Of a stretch of DNA of 64,000 nucleotides, positions 42,090 through 52,800 are shown in pieces. The DNA is taken from NCBI GenBank assembly GCA_040954595.2, contig CM082576.2:8931129-8995128 (forward strand), given 5' to 3'. The stretch's first letter is position 1; each line of letters begins with the position of its first letter. Source of the stretch: Balanoglossus misakiensis. Its lineage: Eukaryota > Animalia > Hemichordata. The notes below the pieces were generated by a model. The model made no database searches. It saw only the letters and a program-made list of their open reading frames with translations, and was not told where the DNA came from. The translations under genes and the position numbers were made by a program.

Positions 42090-45000
42090 TCATGTGAACC
42101 AAATAAGCCTGTCGTCTCGTACGTGTCCCACCGACAGGTTTCTCTGCAATGGGAAGACGGTCGCATTGAAATTGTAATTCTTGATGACAGTCACTTGGGG
42201 TGGCTTGGTGCACTGGCCTTTCGCCACCCAGTCTGGTAACTCCAGCTGATTCAACTCTGCCGTGAAGTAGCCCTGGATGGCAAAGAATTTCTGGGAAGAT
42301 GAAAGTGAAAAAAAAAATTAATATGGTTATCAGACATTTCTGCATTCTCCGAAGTTTATTTCACAGATCCCGTAGAACGGAAAGATTGTGACTTCCTTAC
42401 AATGTGAAGGAGAAAGGTTGAAATTATTAAGGGGGATTAGAAATGACTTTGTCTTGTGACTCAAGCTTTTTCAAGTGCGTGGGAAAATTACTAGAACTGT
42501 GCACTGATGCCCAGCTGGGATAGTTTCAAGACCAAGGATGGGATTTCAGTACTCAGTGTGAATACCTGAGAAAATACATATTTCGGTGCTGGAACCGTTG
42601 TCTCCAATTTCAAAACTATGTTTGTGACGCTCAGACAGTGATTTAAAATTTGCACAGCCAGAAATCACTGGGGAGGAGGGATATTCACTACTGGAAAGCT
42701 CAGGGGGAAAAAACGGAAATGATAATTCACCTTTTCAGCGTTATATACTTCGACGAGAGCTGAATAAACCGGCCAGTTTGGATCTCTGACAAACTTGGTA
42801 CTGTTCACTTTATCCGTGCTGAACTGCAAGATGCCCCACCTGAAATCAATCAATCAACCAAACAATCCAGTAAGTTACATGGTTATGTCAGAATAAATAT
42901 AATCCTGGGACAAACAAGAGACTTGATCAGGAAAATCAAGATAGACATATACAGTAGATTAAAATGAAGAATAGAACAGTACAGAAAAGAACAGAATAGA
43001 ATGTTAGTTTCTTCATCTCATTCCCCAAACTCCAAAGAAATTATGCAAGGTTGCCATGGGCACCCTGTGATGCTCACCTTTCAGGCAAATGCATGTTAAT
43101 TGCATGTTGAGGAGACCACACCCAGTTGTCCTCGGGTAACCCAGGAACCTGGAAGACACGAACAAAGATCCGCTGATGAGAATATTTCAGCCTGAAACTG
43201 CTATGGTGTCTTCTGACATTATACAGGCTACTCATGTTCAAACTAAACTTATATGGGTACAATCTCACTGCAGAACCTTAGGCAAATCTGTATTCTTGTA
43301 TTAGAAGAAAAAGGTGACTGACTTACCTTCTCATAGTGACCATCAACATTGCGTACATGCCACTCGACCCTGTGAAAGAGTACAAAAATATTAAAATGCA
43401 GATGCTGACAGTTGAAATGTAGCAACAATTTCCTATGCATGTAGAAATGCAAGATGGACAGAAAGATTCAGTACCTTAGGTGAGTGTGTGCATATACTGT
43501 TTGACAGTGGTGTGTACTGAGTTAAACCGACCTGCTAAAATTGATCCTCCACTGATCTCCCTTCTTGGGTGGTGCTGTTGCTTTTCTGGTGTCTCTGATG
43601 AGGTCCTTGAATGGCATTGCTATTTCCACTGTCCAGTATTTATCTTCAAGGGAAACAATTAACAGAGACATGAAGTTACATGTATTTGATAACAATGATC
43701 CTCCATATTACATTAGAAAAATAAGGAAAAGAAAAAAATAAAAAGCCATAAGAAATAAAGTCCTCTTCAAAAATGGAGGAGAATGATGTCAACGTTTCTG
43801 ATGGTGGAGGTGTACAACTTATCTTCAGTCATTTTAAATATTTATAAAATGTACTACTGTATGTTAAAAGTTTTCATAATTGCCATATGCACCTCAAATG
43901 CACTATTTCAGTATCTTCTGTCTTTAAGAAAGCATGCAAAATATCCTAGTCATCTTCTCTCATTTAGAGATTCAGGGGATGAGGAAGTCTTCAGGATGGC
44001 ATTTTCAAGTGGATGAATAGAATTGACACTGTTGACACCACAGAAGATACACTTACTTGGAACTGATGGATCATTCACTGGCCCTTGCACATAAGTAGCA
44101 GTCTTCATTGTTGGCATTTCAAAACTACTGTTTGCTGAACCGCCATTCAGGTAGGGCTGTTGTAAGGGGAGAAAAGATATGGCATTAATAAGACAAGATC
44201 TTTCTTTGATAATATACTAAACAAGAAAGATGGTTTAAACCAATGAGGTATAGGAACTCGCAATAAAATTGTTACTTTCCAGTAAAATTTTACTGAATCA
44301 ACTATTATTAACTCTTTGAACCAAATTTGCAAATCGTTGAATGTTGCAAACCTTTGTAAGCTCTAAATCCCATGTTGTGTTGATGGCATTAATTTCAAAC
44401 TCTTTGTACCTGCAGGAAGGAGAGATATCAAAATAATGTGTATGAATGTTTGCTCGTTAGGAATAAAAATTACAAACATGGTACATATGTGAATTCAGAT
44501 TTATGCTAGAAAACTAAACATGTACATGACCTACTGTGGTGTTACTTTAATATGTAAAACTGATGTTCTCACAAATAAATTTATTATCCCAAGGTCTGAC
44601 TCTGACAAAGTGGGCGTGGCTGTCTCTCTGAAACAGCAATACAGTATGTAATGTGCAGCAAGACTTTTTCTTGATGAGCCACTGTCATTTCTGTGGAGAT
44701 GGGGAAAAAAACTTACCAGTGGGTGCTACCATCTGGATCAGTAAAGACCTGAAATGATTAAAAAATAAGAAACACTTTTAAAGCAAGGTTGTTGAAATCA
44801 ACTTTTGAGGAAAATGAGAAGGAAATTCCAATCTTTAACTTTTTTATTTCTGTATATCCTTTAACTCAACATATTTAACTGATTCAGCTGCACGCTTACC
44901 TCAAAATCATTATCCAGAAAAACTGCAAGATAAGAATGGAAGTCACTGTCAGCTAAATGATACAAATTTGAATTTTCAAAATGAAGCCATGCATGCAAAT

Positions 45001-45562
45001 GTGGGAAGATATCTTACTTGTTTTTTTAAAGGAAAAAGTGTTGCAAGTTGTGCATTTCTGTATAAACCTACCGACAGAATCATGTTTAGTTTGGTTGGCA
45101 AAGACATCAGTCTCTTGTAAGTAGCCTCCGATGTATAAATATGTGTCGTCCCATCTCATTTTAGCCCATGTCTGAAGTCTAGGCTTTGGAAAGTCAGGGC
45201 CCTGGATATCTGTATATTCATACAGTTTAAAAGAACAAAATTAAATTGTAATCAAAATATGTTTGATGTTTGAGAGATCACAGTCCCTGTAAACGAGGGA
45301 CTGCGGAGAGATATACAAGAAAGCAAACCAGTCTTTACTAACCTATGAATCTATCTGTACTTGCAACTTCTTGCCAGGCATTGTCGTCAAGTTTTCCGTC
45401 TACAAGGATCGCTTTACCTTGTTCTAGATGATAGGCAACGTAGGTTTTAGGCAAGGGAAGGTCATCACATTTCATTTGTACAAGTGCCTCTTGTGAACAT
45501 GTACTTTCTCGTACAATTAAAAGACACATGGAAAAGAAGCCCAGGCAAATTCTAAATGCCAT
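42090..45562 (-). CDS. Secreted CBM9-like (DOMON-like carbohydrate-binding family 9-like) protein of the type common in bacteria; 368 aa, 11 exons
   Basis: Exons (minus): 45562-45343, 45209-45072, 44922-44900, 44748-44717, 44409-44352, 44156-44057, 43643-43532, 43369-43327, 43148-43078, 42839-42731, 42290-42090. All GT-AG; total 1107 nt, in frame. A hydrophobic signal peptide (MAFRICLGFFSMCLLIVRESTCS) precedes I.VDGKLDD.AW, F.DIQG, T.AKMRWDD.YLYIG, VFLDNDFEVFTDPDG..HWYKEFEINA.NT.WDL.L.KPY..GG, WTVEIAMPF, GDQWRINFSRVEW, EDNWVWSPQ..INMHLPERWG.LQF. The family call is from motif recall, not a database search. Confidence 0.88.
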
Positions 45563-45865
45563 CGTATTCCGATCGCGTTAACGTCTATAGTCGGTGTTGG
45601 TTTTCGTAAATAGTAAATGTGAGACACAAATTCAGCTGTAGCAGAAGACAAAATTATTGTGACCTCAGCCGAACCCGGAAGTAAAGGCTTTGAGTATGCG
45701 CGATGACTTCTGACCTTATATACGTGTCATCACTGAGAAAACAGCTGGTAAGCATGCACAGACCGGGCTGATGTAAACTTTTGAACGTGGTGTTTTCTTG
45801 TGGGGTTTCGCCAAGTTAACTAGTTATGGTCAGCGGTGAAGTGGAAAGACTCATATAGACAAAGG
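45563..45865. promoter_or_regulatory. Bidirectional promoter region between the CBM9-like gene and CCDC167
   Basis: Divergent ATGs at 45562 (-) and 45866 (+) are 303 bp apart. The region is locally CpG-richer than the flanking gene bodies and has an ETS/GABP-type motif CCGGAAGT at 45675-45682. Confidence 0.75.
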
Positions 45866-46892
45866 ATGGCGTCAATAGTATCTCAGGTAAAGTAGAATAC
45901 ATGTAAATGTTCAATTTATTTTCTTGGCCAATCGGGCGCACGGTTCGTTATATGCATTTTGGCTGCAGACAAGTTCGACATTGGAGAGCAAAGTTGTTTG
46001 TGTTTATTCAAAGAACGTGTATCTTTTTCAGATTGAGACTTTGGAAGATAATGTGAGGAGATTTCGCGACAGGTTAGATGGAGTGGAAAAGTTACTAAGG
46101 TCAAGGCAGACACCAGACAAACAAAGGTAAGTGAATCAGTGGTAAAAGCCTATACCTATCCAGTAAACCATACAAGTCTACAAGCAGCACCCATCCCACA
46201 CATTGAATAACACGTCCACCTAAATTACACATCAGATAACCTTAAAGTGATAGTTACAAGTTCAAAAGTCTGTCATGAGTGCAAATCAATTTTGTTTCAT
46301 AAAGTCAGTCTTGGTTGGTTATTGAAACTTTAACAGGGGGGTCAATGATCAAAGTCTACTTGAGGAGGACTCCAGCATTCAGACAGCATGTCCTTCTGTA
46401 CATTTACCTACCACTGCCAGGATACACTCCACTCAAGTAATATGATGTTCCAACGTACGTCATTAACAGAAAGCAAGGAAGTGAATGAAGGGTACATTAT
46501 TAAACTCCAACACCAAAATTCATACTTGATGTTTCAAATTTTCCACATGGCATTTTTATCCCAACAGAGATGTCTTACGTGAAGAAGAAGAAGATTTAAT
46601 CAAATCAATCACAGAACATGGTGAGCTTAGCCTTAAAACTGATGGACTTTTTTTTACAATTATATTGAGTGCTGAAAACTCTGTGCAATTGTTTCCTTAC
46701 TTTCAATATCATTTTTATTAGCTGCACTTTTTCCAATAAGGATTTTATGTATTATTGACAGCTTATGGCAATTATTTTCTGTCAACAGAAAAGGATCTGA
46801 AATCTCTGCGAGCAGAAAACAGAAGAAGCATGATGATATCTGTAATCATACTGGCATTTATAGCTGTGATTTACTACCTATTGACTCAGTAG
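45866..46892 (+). CDS. CCDC167: Coiled-coil domain-containing protein 167; 90 aa with a C-terminal TM anchor, 4 exons (not assembled by the ORF track)
   Basis: Exons 45866-45886, 46032-46126, 46568-46620, 46789-46892 (273 nt, GT-AG). Translation: MASIVSQIETLEDNVRRFRDRLDGVEKLLRSRQTPDKQRDVLREEEEDLIKSITEHEKDLKSLRAENRRSMMISVIILAFIAVIYYLLTQ. It matches the CCDC167 signature I..LE......R..L..V...L ... EK.LK.LR.ENR..M..SV.I plus TM. AATAAA at 47548-47553. Confidence 0.9.
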
Positions 46893-48171
46893 AGAAGATC
46901 TCAATGTTGAACGAATTGAGGAAACGAAAACATGGATTTGATTCCATCAGTGTGTTTTCACAGATGGTATTGACTGTCCACATATCAAAAAGAGGGTTCG
47001 TAATTGTTTTCCAGTGATTCCAAACCCTTTTCAGTAATTCCAAAGTCCCCCTTCTAATCATAAGGGGAGGAGGTATAGTTAAAACCCAGACACACAGGTA
47101 CATTGAACTTCAAACACGACCAGAAGCAAGGACAATTGAAGATATACAGATGACGTGCAATATTTTGACAATTTGGAATCGTTAAAAGACAAACATATGG
47201 CAAAATAGGTGGTTAGTTTTCCTATCGGTGCGTGTTTGGAGTGTCTGTGGTGTTGTATCAACTTTGGTCGAGACTGACCTGATGCATGCCTCGATCATTG
47301 CTCAGTATTCAAGACTATGACAGACTGGTGCAGTCACTTCATGTAGTCTGTTAAAACTCACAAAAGTCAACCTTCTGATAAGTCCTCAGAAATCGTGACC
47401 ACTGACCAGTCTCGGTTGATGTACAGTTGGTAAGATGCGATTTTGAATGTACAAGTCTTCTCAAGATTTTTCTTATGTAAGAACACTGTGTGACCAACTA
47501 CAGCAAGAACGCTGGTCATGGATGGAAAAAATCCATATATATAATTCAATAAAAAAACACTTTATACTTGTAAAACAATGCATTTGTATTATATGCCAGC
47601 CCAAAGTCCGTTTTTATTACACTTTTTGTGTACTTGGGGAGCTAGGTACATATGGTGCACACACAATTGTCAAAAGGATGATAACGTTGTTTACTGTCCT
47701 GACGGCACTTGTGTTGGAAGGAGTCAACAACTCATGATTGTTTATGCAAGTTGTGACAGAAAGTGCTTCTTAGACCTAAATGCTGACCCAGATCTAAAAA
47801 TACAACCCTTCCTGTCCTCTAATATAAATATTTGGGCAGATGATTGATTCCAACAAGGACGAAAACTTGGATGATTGGCGTAAAAAAAACAATAGTGGGA
47901 GGTCTACTATACACGTCACAGTCCAACCACTAATCCTGGCGTTGACATTATCTGGCTTCATCTGAAGAGAGTAAGCCCACAAATAACCCTTTACTTTCGC
48001 GATGCGGTTTTATGTTTGGCTAACCATATTTCACTGACTCATTAATTGCTCATAGCAGTCACGTGGTTGTGACATTTGGGGGCTCCTCCTACTTCATACA
48101 GTTGCTCGAACTTTTCCTCAGACGGCGTATAGTAGCTTCATCAGTGTATTTGCGATTTCTCCGTTTGCGGT

Positions 48172-49831
48172 ATGGGTTACGGACGTGAAAGAGCAGTTAG
48201 CCTGAACCGGTACTTCTTCGCCATACTTCTCGTTGTCGTGCTCCTCGTAGGGTTCGCCATTGGCATGCTCATTGGACATTTCGGGACATCCAAGGGTCCC
48301 TCACCAGAACCAGCTCGATCAACTTGCGGAGCGGCGTGCCAACACCCCGACGCAGACGATATCTTTGAAAGACTCGTCGCCGAAATGAAGGCGGACAACA
48401 TTAGAAATTACCTTCGGTATGTTAGTATATGGCTTGTTTCCAGAAAGATTTTTTCTTTGGTAACGGAATTAGCCGCTTTCTGTTTTCACGATTCGGTGTT
48501 GTGTTTCTGGGGCGTGTCTGAACTGACTTGTGTTTTTGTTTTCCACGATAGAAGAAAATGTAAGAAGTTTGCACAAGCCTTCACATCAGTGAAGCCTCGA
48601 CAACTGAAATATTTATTTAAGCAATAAACCACCCCAGGTAACGCTTTACCGCGAGAGTTGGACCAGTTTACGACATGATTTGATGCAGGAGCGATAGCGG
48701 GTGCGTGCATGTATGTGGAGTAAACTGGTGGTCAAAAGCGAGTGGTATCATTATAGTACCATTACCAGAGGTAGTTCATTGCTATTGCTGTATATTGCAT
48801 TAAATTTGTCATAAACCATTTACAAAAATGATTTTCGCCAGGTTTCATCTTGTTCCAACCACAGACAAAGAGAAAAGTCTGTCTTTTCTATTTGTCTGTG
48901 TTCCATGCCACCACGAATACAGCGTTCCGACCAGTCGCTCTATTTGCACCATCGACATATTGGTGTTAGTAATATAATATCCGATATCTCTGTACACATT
49001 ATATGCTCACTTGATTCGTATCTATGTCAGGACACTTTAATATCTGAACCTTAGGAGACAAACGTATTTCAACACAGTGCAGGCTATGGTCCAGGACTTG
49101 ATTCCGTAGCAATTGATAATTGCATATTCCAAAAAGTACTGACGTGTACTATAATATTATTACCAAAAGGCACTATATACCAGTACGAGCTACATGCTGT
49201 ATTTAGCTCGGGGTAAATTTAGCTTTCAAACATAACTATTTTGAAACAAAATGAAAGCGTATATAAAAGCATATTTATATATATGTGCATGATGTGACCG
49301 ATATGTATGTCCGTTGAATGGAAACTATCAAAGTTTTAGAGAGAAGTCACACCTGTTTGTGATCAGAATGTCCGAGCACAGTTCTAAAAAACTCACTTTA
49401 ATTATTTCAATGCACGGTGTTTCCTTACTGTAAAACTTCGTAAAATTTCGTGGGCAAAGTGTATAGTTGAAAAGTCGATCAACTCGATCAAGATCCTTTC
49501 ATAGCATGAATATATTTTCCATCGTGTACGTTTTCAAGTAGCTTTATAAGAATATTCCCGTGAAAATTAGTGAAGGTGGTACTTAAAATAAACGCAAAGA
49601 ATACGTAAACATCTGGTGATAAACATTTTATTGGTCTAAAACCCGCTATTAAGATCGTGACAATTAGGAGCATAAAATGTCGCTATACCGATAAACAGTA
49701 ATTCTACTGATTGACATTAATGATTATGAAATGTCATTGGTGCAAATGATGACCTTCGGACCGAGAGACTGTGGCGTTTGCTATTGGTGCTATGATGACG
49801 ACGATGACGATGTGGCAATGATGATGTGGCA

Positions 49832-49899
<68 letters not shown>

Positions 49900-52800
49900 A
49901 AACTTGAAGCTGGTCAACGGGAAACAATATGACAACTGATAAACAGATCGTGGGTTTGATGAATACAATTACAAGTACAGTGCCGTAACTATTGGTAGAA
50001 TGCAAGTACCGTACAACCGTACGAAGGTAATTTCACGCCCTAGGATTTGGTCCGCAGACCCAAAAATCGACTATGAATCAGTTGGTAAACGCAAATAGGT
50101 ACCGCAACAGTAAAAGTCGCACCGCTATTTACATAGAGACATAGTCCTGCTTGATTTGAAACAGACGTGTGAATAAACAGTTGACGTCTTGGTTTACAAG
50201 GATAAACGAAATATTTCAACGATATTGCATTGTACGGCAGTAGCAGAAAACGCCACGCAGAAGAGAAACCCCGGAAGCTATAGGAGATGTTAAAATGAGA
50301 TGAGATGAGATGGAATGGGATGGGATGAGATGAGATGAGGGGAGATGAGATGGGATGGGATGGAATTTTTGCCACAATAGTATTGAGTGCTGGTTGAATA
50401 TATAGAAGTCAAGGGCAGCGTCCCCATAGTGAAAATCGGCAATCGCATGAAAAGTTGTGCGGCAAATCAAGTGCCTGGTCATCGTTGAATGTCTTGAAAC
50501 GCCTGTTTTGCCCGAGGCCATCAATAAGTTACACGCGCCTCCTTGGCTCTGAAAGTAACACGTGGATTAGTTGGTAGAGTCACTGTACAACTGACGGTAT
50601 AATAGTGCTGTTAATAATAGCTGTCAGCGACCAATGGATTGAGAGTCCTCCGTCAGCTGAGACTGTTCCTGTTTGAATCTCCTCCAGGTATTTGTGATGT
50701 TATGTTATCACCAGTTCTGGATCAAAAAGTTACTAAAGAAAAGTTAACCCCACCCTCTTCTAGTTCAGTACCAAACCCCTCTGATAGACCACGATGTGTT
50801 GCCCCCCCCCTTCTCCCAGACCCCACACCTATCTCCGCGGTCCGCGTGGTTTGCTTGGATGTTTTGAGAGAGAGTCTCGGATTGAATAAAGTCTCTGGTT
50901 GAAGAAGATGCTCTCTATCCGCCACTCTTCTTCTCCTACCAGCGCGGACCTGGGAACGTGGTCGCCTATTTCGCCTTCTTTTGCCCCTGCAGGCGCTTCT
51001 GCTCGCGGATCCTGTTCCGCAGTCGCTCGCAGTATTCCCGGCGAACCTTCTCTGCCAGTTCCTGCTTCTTGGCCTCCTCCTCCTTCACGGCTCGAGCGTG
51101 TTCTTCGTCCTCAGTTGCGGCGACCCCTTTACTCATCAGAGCGGCCTTGGCGCTTTTGTATTCCTCTGCCTCCCTCCGTCTCTCTTCTGCTTGTCTGACC
51201 TTCTGGTTCAGAGCGTAGGCAGTGAGGGGAGTGTCGGGCCTTCTCTCCAGAAAGCTGACGTGCCTTGGTGGCGCTCTGACCGGCTTGGAGATATCAAACT
51301 CCAGTTTGTAAGCCACACTTCTGCGGCCGTCGGCGATTGAGGTCTTGGCATTGATGTTGGAGGCGTGACCATCAAGGCGACCATTGTATTTTGGCCCGTT
51401 ACCTGAAGAAAACGCAAACGTAATTGCAGACACCTATTGATTTTAAAACCAATTCCTGGAATACCGAATAGTGTCCGGCCAATATTTAGATCTGTTTACA
51501 TTGCTCATACTTAGAGATGCAACATACAAAACAAACTGTTTCAGAAATTCAATTGAAAGTCGTTATGAGTCAGTATTTGGCAACAGGCATTATTATTTTC
51601 TTAACTTACCAGATGACCACTTTCCCTTGTTATTATCAAGGCCACTATCGAGGGAAGATTTCGGAGTACCGAAAACATGGTCAGAGGCGCTCCTGGATCC
51701 GATCTGCGGAAACATGGAACTGGTGGTGGAGTCAGATGGAGCGATGGATACGGTGCGACCGAGTCGCAACAGAAACCACTGCCTGATTCCGGTCAGTCGT
51801 TGGCGGAGCGCGGCAAAGCACGACGGGCTCGACTCGGGCTCGGCGTCGATGGGTTCCAACTTTTCCGGCTGCTTCACCATGTTCTCCCGAGCAGCGATGG
51901 CGTCCTTCTCCCCGCCTTTCGCCTTCTTACTTCGGGACTTCTTACTTCCTCCTTTCTTCCCTCGTTTCCCCCGGCGCCCATGTTTTTTCTTGCTCTTGGC
52001 CGTCTCCATGGCTACACCATTGACCTCGGTTGACGTTTCCGAACTCTGTACTGGTCCGACGGTCAAAATCCGGTCGGTGTCTTCCTTGGCCGCGCCAGCC
52101 TTGACGACATCTTCAACCTTGGCAGGTGAAGCTTCGATGACGTCTGGCCCAGCATCTTGGCCGGCTGCAGAGTCCAAGTTTATAACCTCAAGGTCGTGGG
52201 GGTCCGATGCCTCACCACTGAGGCGGATTCCATTCGTTTTCCGCATTTTCAGTCCGGAGCAATAACTTTCTCTTCCGAAAAAGACGAGCGATGCACAGCA
52301 ATGCTATACGTACTGTTGTGTGGTTGTTCGCAAACTACGAAAGTTCTATCACTATGTCAACTTTCGAATGAATTAATTACGTCCTACATGGAACGCGAAC
52401 AGTTGGTCGACAGTCACAATCCGAGCATGTCAGTTACATCCATTTTTATACTTACAACTTATTTTCAACTTCAAGTTCATTTTACGTAAGAGCAGTCATA
52501 TATTTCGACAAAGTCGTCCGTATGATATTCAAAGAAATATTGTATCCTTAGTCTGTTAAATTGAGCGCCACCCAGATATTCTCCGCGGACGAGGGGCAAT
52601 TTTTCCGACGCGCCTCATCGCAGTACCGCGCCTAACGCGCGAGCTAAGCATACGCGGAATTACGTCATGCATACAGGAACAATGTTTTGGAGAATATCAA
52701 GACAGAAGATGTTGACAGATTTCGCGTTTCACAGTCATTGGTTTCCTTCTGTTTCTTCGACCGCTATTCAAAAATAAAAAAATGCTATTTTCATTAAATA

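Noticed and set aside
49717-50005. Poly-His and poly-Ile ORFs
   Set aside because: Translations of the (ATG)22 microsatellite.
51471-52265. 264-aa plus-strand ORF (and 50899-51340 plus-strand ORFs)
   Set aside because: Antisense shadows of the GC-rich nested stathmin-like exons; no ATG start, no usable splice phase with paralog B and no recognisable motif.
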